Part shown: positions 58,367 to 64,000 of the stretch, one piece after another
How the letters are laid out: each line of letters opens with the position of its first letter
Position numbering within the stretch: the first letter of the stretch is position 1
IMG/VR virus record: IMGVR_UViG_3300031994_000064
Location: 18,984 to 82,983 of that record
Reading direction: 5' to 3' (one strand)
DNA length: 64,000 nucleotides
Source: a virus
Lineage: Duplodnaviria > Caudoviricetes
Notes under the pieces: generated by a model
Told to the model about the DNA's origin: nothing
Databases searched by the model: none
What the model saw: the letters and a program-made list of their open reading frames with translations, nothing else
Program-made: the position numbers and the translations under genes

Positions 58367-59560
58367 ATGATTAAAGCGTACAAATATAGGCTATACCCGA
58401 CAGCGGAGCAAACGACTTTCTTTGAGAAATCGTTTGGCTGCTGCCGATATGTCTATAATTGGGCGTTGCAGAGAAGAATTGAAACATACCAAAACAGCGG
58501 CGAAAGACTAAGTTATGTGTCTATCGCAAAAGAACTCACAAGCCTCAAAAAACAAGAGGAGACAGAATGGCTGTCCGAGGTTTCAACACAATCTCTGCAA
58601 TCGTCAATACGCAATATGGATGCCGCGTTTACCCGCTTTTTCAGAGAAAAGAAAGGTTTCCCGAAATTCAAGTCAAAGAAAAGAAACAAAAGCTCGTTTC
58701 AGTTTGTTCAACAAGTGTATGTTGATTTTGAAAGCAAACGCATTCAAATGCCAAAAGTAGGCAAAGTGAAGTTTGCCTGCGATAGAACATTTGTTGGCAA
58801 AATCGGCACGTGTACCGTGTCTAAATCACCGACTAACAAATACTATATATCCATAACCGTTGATGACGGCGAACCAATGCCAGAGAAGCCGATGATTGAA
58901 TTTAACACGTCGGTTGGTATTGATGTCGGCATCAAGGATTTTGCCGTTATTTCAAACGGCCAAGTGTTCGATAATCCTAAATTTCTTGAAAAATCGGAAA
59001 AGCGTCTAAAAGTGCTGCAAAGACGGCTTGCGAAAAAGAAGAAAGGCAGCAAACGCAGAGAACGCGCAAAACTTGCAGTCGCAAAACAGCATGAGCGCAT
59101 AAGAAACAAGCGTACCAATTTTATTCACCAAGTAACATCGAAGATTGTGCGTGAGAACCAAACCATAGTCGTAGAGGACTTGAATGTGGACGGTATGCTT
59201 AAAAACCATTGCCTTGCCAAAAGCATAAGTTCTGTTGCGTGGTATGAATTTTTCAGACAGTTGCAGTATAAATGCGATTGGTACGGAAAAAACCTTGTGC
59301 GCATTGGGCGTTTCGAGCCGAGTTCAAAGATGTGTTTATGTGGCAATGTTTACAAGGATTTGAAACTGTCACAACGAAGATGGGTGTGCCCGTCTTGCGG
59401 TCGCGACAATGACAGGGACTTACTTGCCGCAGTGAACATTCTACGATTCGGCTTGCAGGAACAGAATTTAATAAACAACAATAAATCACCCTACGTGGTA
59501 GGGGTAGAGGACGCGGAGTGGTCGGCACTGGCCGACACGTTGAAACGTCAATCTATTTAA
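58367..59560 (+). CDS. tnpB: TnpB RNA-guided endonuclease
   Basis: Same motifs as copy 2, RuvC D/E/D intact; near-identical protein. Confidence 0.95.
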   Translation: MIKAYKYRLYPTAEQTTFFEKSFGCCRYVYNWALQRRIETYQNSGERLSYVSIAKELTSLKKQEETEWLSEVSTQSLQSSIRNMDAAFTRFFREKKGFPKFKSKKRNKSSFQFVQQVYVDFESKRIQMPKVGKVKFACDRTFVGKIGTCTVSKSPTNKYYISITVDDGEPMPEKPMIEFNTSVGIDVGIKDFAVISNGQVFDNPKFLEKSEKRLKVLQRRLAKKKKGSKRRERAKLAVAKQHERIRNKRTNFIHQVTSKIVRENQTIVVEDLNVDGMLKNHCLAKSISSVAWYEFFRQLQYKCDWYGKNLVRIGRFEPSSKMCLCGNVYKDLKLSQRRWVCPSCGRDNDRDLLAAVNILRFGLQEQNLINNNKSPYVVGVEDAEWSALADTLKRQSI

Positions 59561-59580
59561 TCTTAAAAAATAGAAATCAC

Positions 59581-60501
59581 GTGACGAAAAGTACACAAAA
59601 ATACGGTTTGCCATATATGGGCAGCAAATCGACCATCGCGGAATGGGTCATAAGCCATCTTCCGAAAGCGGACACGCTTGTCGATGCTTTTGCGGGCGGT
59701 TGCGCACTAACGCACGCGGCAATGCTGTCACGTAAGTTCAAACGCATAATAGCAAACGACATCACAGACGCGCCGAAACTGTTCATTGACGCTTGCAACG
59801 GCTTATACAAAGACGAGAAACGGTGGGTTTCACGCGAATATTTTGAAGCAAACAAAGACAACGACCCGTTTGTCCGTCTGATTTGGTCTTTCGGCAACAA
59901 CCAGAGATACTACATCTACGCGAAAGACATCGAAGAGCGCAAACACGCCATCCACAACGCCGTACACGACCGAAAAACGGCTCAACTGTCGGCAATAGGG
60001 CTGATAGACCAAGAAGACGCAGAACCTATTGAAAAACGGCTTGAAAGCATTGACGACACGATGCAAAGATACCAGCTTGTCAAGCGCACCATCATCAAAC
60101 ACTCGAAAAACATAGACGCACGGTGCGAGACACTTGAGCGCACCGCGAGGCTGCAACACTTGGAGCGCACCGAGAGGCTGCAACACTTGGAAATCACACA
60201 AAAAGACTATAGAGATGTCGAGATACCGAAAGGAAATACAATCATATTGGCGGATATTCCTTACCGCAAAACAGCCAAATACCTCAACGACTTTGACCAC
60301 GAGGCATTCTACGAATGGGCGTTGGCGCAGAAACACCCAGTGTTCGTCTGCGAGTACGACATGCCGACACCGCCGTTCACGCTTATAGACCAAACATTAA
60401 AAAACAGCCAACTTTCGGCGACCACAACAAAAAAAGCGACCGAAAAGCTGTTTGCTTGCAATTTAACCGACAAAACAGAAGGTCAGATGAAACTTTTTTA
60501 G
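59581..60501 (+). CDS. DNA adenine methyltransferase, Dam/D12-like (GTG start)
   Basis: PYMGSKS, VDAFAGG SAM-binding motif, LADIPY catalytic variant. Confidence 0.85.
   Translation: MTKSTQKYGLPYMGSKSTIAEWVISHLPKADTLVDAFAGGCALTHAAMLSRKFKRIIANDITDAPKLFIDACNGLYKDEKRWVSREYFEANKDNDPFVRLIWSFGNNQRYYIYAKDIEERKHAIHNAVHDRKTAQLSAIGLIDQEDAEPIEKRLESIDDTMQRYQLVKRTIIKHSKNIDARCETLERTARLQHLERTERLQHLEITQKDYRDVEIPKGNTIILADIPYRKTAKYLNDFDHEAFYEWALAQKHPVFVCEYDMPTPPFTLIDQTLKNSQLSATTTKKATEKLFACNLTDKTEGQMKLF
60136..60189 (+). repeat. 27-nt tandem duplication (ERTARLQHL / ERTERLQHL)
   Basis: Two units with one mismatch. Confidence 0.9.
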
Positions 60502-60514
60502 AAAAACACAGATT

Positions 60515-63075
60515 ATGGAAGAGGTAAAAACAACAAAAAGAACACCAGAGGCAATAAGAATGTACAACGACATCAGCGAGGATTTTCACGTGATTGATGT
60601 CATTGTTGACAAACTTTCTGTTTTGCGTGAGATTTCAAGCACCTATGGCAAAGACACGACTTTGAAAGCGGCAATCGAAACACTTGAAGACCAGCAGTTG
60701 AGAATAACCAACGGAATATTCACCAAATTATCCAATAAACGATGAACGAAATCGCCACTTTAGCCACCATCGCGGCACTGTTCGCGCTGATAGTGAAGAA
60801 AAACAACAAGAAATCTTAACAAAATTGCAAAATTATGAAAATCGAACAAGAAATTTATCTTAAAGAAGAAGGTTTTAGTCCAGAAAAGTGTACCGCATCG
60901 CTTGAATCGCCCGTATCATCAAAATTTGTGTCTGTAAGGATAAACGGTGAAAGACACGAATATTTCAACCTGCGCAAAACATCGCTTAATGAAATCGTGG
61001 ATATAATGCTTTTGCGCACCACGTCGGAAAAAGTGCTTGAAGAGCTGAAAGAAATTGTGAAAAAACTTGAAAAAGACACACAAGACAAAGAACTGCTCGA
61101 CAAACTCAAAAACCCGCCGCAATTCTCACCTTTTGACAGCGACTTGTTCACCGAAAAGATTGCAGAAACAGCAAACAAGACCGCGAAAGTCAGCCACGAC
61201 CTCGAAATGAAGAGGATAAAAGCCAAACTCATCGCCGACATCTGCACAGAACTCGTCAAAACGCCAATCCGACACGAAGACGTGCCGCAAATAGCGCGCG
61301 AAATAGCAGACAAAGCATTGCAAAACCTCTAAAAACCCAGAAATTATGAAAGAAAACACCACAATATTCGTCGTCATGACCGGCGACACCCCGGAAGCCG
61401 CATTCTCGTCAGAAGAACTCGCGGATATGTTTGTCGCCACCCACGAAAGAGACTACCACACATATATACAACCCCTCGAACTCGACAAAGCCGACAGATA
61501 CTTCGACCCCGAACAACACAGGAGACACAAAGAAGACTTTGACGAAATCCAAAAAGCCGTACTGCGAAAAATAAACAACGAAGAAAAAAGCGCGGAGAAC
61601 ACACGGCAAGAAGCAGACAAAGTTACGCCGATAACATCTTACGGCGAATACAAACAAGTGCGCGTGACGTGGGTCGATTCAATTACGGGCGACTGTGCTT
61701 GGCAGCTGACAGAAGGCTTTGAGGACTTTCCGCCCGTGACGGCTGTGACGCTCGGATTCGTGGTCGCGGAAGACGATAACCACATCACGATAGCACAAAG
61801 CCTCGCATCTCCACCTCAACAGGTCTGCAACACCATGTCGATACCGAAATGCTCAATAATAAAAACAGAACAGTTATGACAAAAGAAGAAATCGAACAAA
61901 AAGCATTGGATTTATATCCAATAAAACGAGAATACACGTCTTTTGGTTTGGAAGAAGATGTAAACCGCGAAAAAAGAAACGTTTTTATATTTGGTTTTAC
62001 AAAAGGCTTGACCGCCAATTGGATTAGCACAAAAGAACGACTGCCAGAACCGACAGCGGTTTCAAGAAAAACTTATCTTTGTAGAGACGACAAAGGCTAT
62101 TACTATGTAATGGCAAGAAATGTTGACGGCTGGTCTTGCCCAAGCCGCTGGTGCGCAGAAAATGTGATAACTCACTGGATGGAAATTCCCGATTTAGAAT
62201 AAAACAACAAAAATCAATAGCAATGAAAGAGATTATCAAACAAGGAAACCCCAAAAAGTACATACACACTTGCACCGAATGCGGCTGCGTGTTTACCTAC
62301 GAACCCAGCGACTTGTCTGGCTTTCGCATTGTCGATTGCCCATGTTGCAAAGCAAAACAATCAACAGCAAAAGACACTTTGTATGAAAAACACAGCGAAC
62401 AACAAACATCAAGACATACTTCGTGCGAAAACGCAGGCGTAAGCCAAATCGCCAAAATGCAACGGAAAATAGACACCTTCAAAGCCGCACTGCTGCATAT
62501 AAGCGAGAGAATCACACACGGCAACAAATGCAACATGGTCGTTTTGGAACCAATTGACGAAACAGACCGCGCGTTCATCAACAAAATCATTGAGTTTATC
62601 GACGAACATCAAGAAAAATGTTGAAAAGTATCGACACAAACGGCAAAAGCTACGTAATTGTGGCTGAATACAGAAAATACGAAGACCTCGCGACGGCTAT
62701 CGACATTCTTTTTTCTTATTGCAAACTGACAACAAGGGGAGAAATCTTTGACCAAAACGGGAAAATGACGAAATTCGCCGTCAAAAAGGTGAATTTCAAG
62801 CATTGCCTGATATACGAGGCGTAAAAAAACGAATGACTATGAAGATTGCAACACTTACGATAATCGCGCTCGCTTGGGTGCTCGTTTCGGGTCTGTACTA
62901 CGCCTTTTTCAAAGACGACTACATAGACAGAATTTCAACAGTCAGAATGCTCAAGGAGTTTGGAAAGAAGCCGGACTTCGAGGATATTGCCTATTTTGTC
63001 CTCGTACCGATCGGCTTTGTGTTTTTTACGCTGCTTTTCGCAACAATGTTCGCCGGAACACTTATAAATTGTTGA
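60515..63075 (+). other. Run of small hypothetical genes (60515-60745, 60835-61332, 61346-61879, 61876-62202 DUF551-like, 62223-62624, 62618-62824, 62833-63075)
   Basis: Co-oriented ORFs; WISTKERLPE..ITHWMEIP in 61876-62202; CTECG..CPCC in 62223-62624. Confidence 0.6.
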
Positions 63076-63079
63076 CAGT

Positions 63080-63295
63080 ATGCAAAAGTTCGGAATACCC
63101 TACATGGGGTCAAAATCGACAATAGCGGAGTGGGTAATCAGCCACCTGCCGCCAGCCGACAACCTCGTTGACCTCTGCGCTGGCGTGAACACAATGTTCC
63201 TGTGTATGCTCGTAAAGTCTGTCAAATACATCGCCGCCTCTTACCGATGGTACTTCGGATTAGACAAAGACAAATCAAAACAGAAAGAACTTTAA
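63080..63295 (+). pseudogene. Truncated paralog of the Dam-like methyltransferase N-terminus
   Basis: KFGIPYMGSKSTIAEWVISHLPPADNLVDLCAG matches the 59581 gene, then diverges and stops. Confidence 0.7.
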
Positions 63296-63306
63296 CCTCT
63301 ACCAAC

Positions 63307-63339
63307 AAAGACCCTTACTCATCAAGGGTCTTTTTTTTT
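63307..63339 (+). terminator. Intrinsic terminator
   Basis: AGACCCTT/AAGGGTCT stem followed by T run. Confidence 0.8.
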
Positions 63340-63753
63340 AACCATAACAACAACTACTGAATGACCTTTGAAACGGGAAAATTATAAAAAAGGTACTGAA
63401 TAAGTTTTAACTCGTGAAAAACCAATGTCGTAATAACTACTGAATAGGTTGAAAACTGAAAAATCCTGCGGGGTGACGGTCGGTCGCTGGTCGGTGGTCG
63501 CTGGGGTGGGTCCCCACCCCGTGTCATCATTGCAAAATTGTAGAATCTTACATGGTGCAAAAATACGCTTTTTTGCGCCGGAAACGCGGCAAAAATAAAC
63601 TATCATATTAAAACCTATATAAATATACATTTGCCGCAAAAAACGCGCCAAAAAACGGCTGTTTGAAAAAAGTATATTGATTTTCAACACGTTACAAAAT
63701 ATTATTAAAATTTTGCTTTTTGATAGCTTTTTGTTAACTGTTTTGCGTGGTGC

Positions 63754-63787
63754 AAAAAAAAACGGCAAAGATATAAACCTTTGCCGT
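63754..63787 (-). terminator. Intrinsic terminator containing a TATCTTTG box
   Basis: ACGGCAAAG/CTTTGCCGT stem then T8 on minus strand. Confidence 0.7.
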
Positions 63788-63813
63788 CCTGCTGGTTTTT
63801 TTTGTCGCTGCTG

Positions 63814-63999
63814 TTACGCCGTCTGTTTTTGCTCTTTGTAAATTTTTGTTGCAACTTCGTAACTAACATTAAGCGCGGCGGCGATTGCTGCTATTTTTTC
63901 GCTGTCTGTTCCTGCTGCAATTTTTTCACCTACTTTTTTTGTGGCTCTCTCTTTTGCTGCTGCTTCTCTTGCGGCTTTTGCGGCGGCTGCGGCTCTCTC
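63814..63999 (-). CDS. C-terminal part of an Ala/Lys-rich protein (partial)
   Basis: Open frame ERAAAAAKAAREAAAKE..KQTA* from window end. Confidence 0.55.
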   Translation of the reverse strand, partial: ERAAAAAKAAREAAAKERATKKVGEKIAAGTDSEKIAAIAAALNVSYEVATKIYKEQKQTA

Positions 64000-64000
64000 T

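Larger units (their letters stand above)
58322..59582 (+). mobile_element. TnpB-only IS200/IS605-like element (copy 4)
   Basis: Left end AAAAATTAA..TAATTTT plus promoter, tnpB, right-end module ending TAGAAATCACGT; boundaries inferred from comparing copies. Confidence 0.8.

Noticed and set aside
59494-59582. Pseudoknot between terminal CACGT and ACGTG in the CCCTACGTGGTAGGG hairpin as proof of the element end
   Set aside because: Complementarity exists but ACGT is self-complementary, recurs in the module and overlaps the stem; too weak to count as independent evidence
63871-63881. Third copy of AAGCGCGGCGG from the 47.9-kb inverted repeat
   Set aside because: Lies in Ala-rich coding sequence (AAAL on the minus strand) with no partner arm
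1-64000. CRISPR array or other regularly spaced repeat-spacer array
   Set aside because: No run of equal-length repeats with unique spacers was seen in any intergenic region; the TnpB end modules are dispersed single copies
1-64000. Stop-codon reassignment
   Set aside because: Long genes are intact in the standard code, TAG, TGA and TAA all end genes, and the TGA-anticodon tRNA reads UCA (Ser), so it is not a suppressor

Overview
A 64-kb segment of a tailed dsDNA phage (Caudoviricetes, long tape measure so probably a long non-contractile tail). The host is inferred to be Bacteroidota: TAnnTTTG -7 promoter boxes precede most transcription units and genes have A-rich starts. The window holds recombination genes (SSB-like, RecT, MBL-fold), a lysis cassette, a tail/head operon on the minus strand, terminase-portal-tail hub on the plus strand, tail fibre genes, a cassette of low-complexity proteins, replication and nucleotide genes (beta clamp, DnaC-like ATPase, dUTPase, ThyX-like), two DNA methyltransferases, two tRNAs and several tRNA-like or structured RNAs. 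It is rich in selfish nucleases: an IscB with its omegaRNA, an HNH endonuclease, two full TnpB elements, the end of a third at the window start, and an orphan TnpB right-end module. The strongest candidate for a new system is the TnpB elements. Their right ends all finish in an A-rich tract plus ACGT. In three of four cases the next base is G, giving the in-frame GTG start of the downstream phage gene. For the two full elements, joining the left flank (...AT) to that G restores an in-frame ATG. The elements therefore appear to insert inside start codons and rebuild them as GTG. No integrase, CRISPR array, reverse transcriptase or TnpA was seen. Product calls are motif recognition by eye, not database searches.
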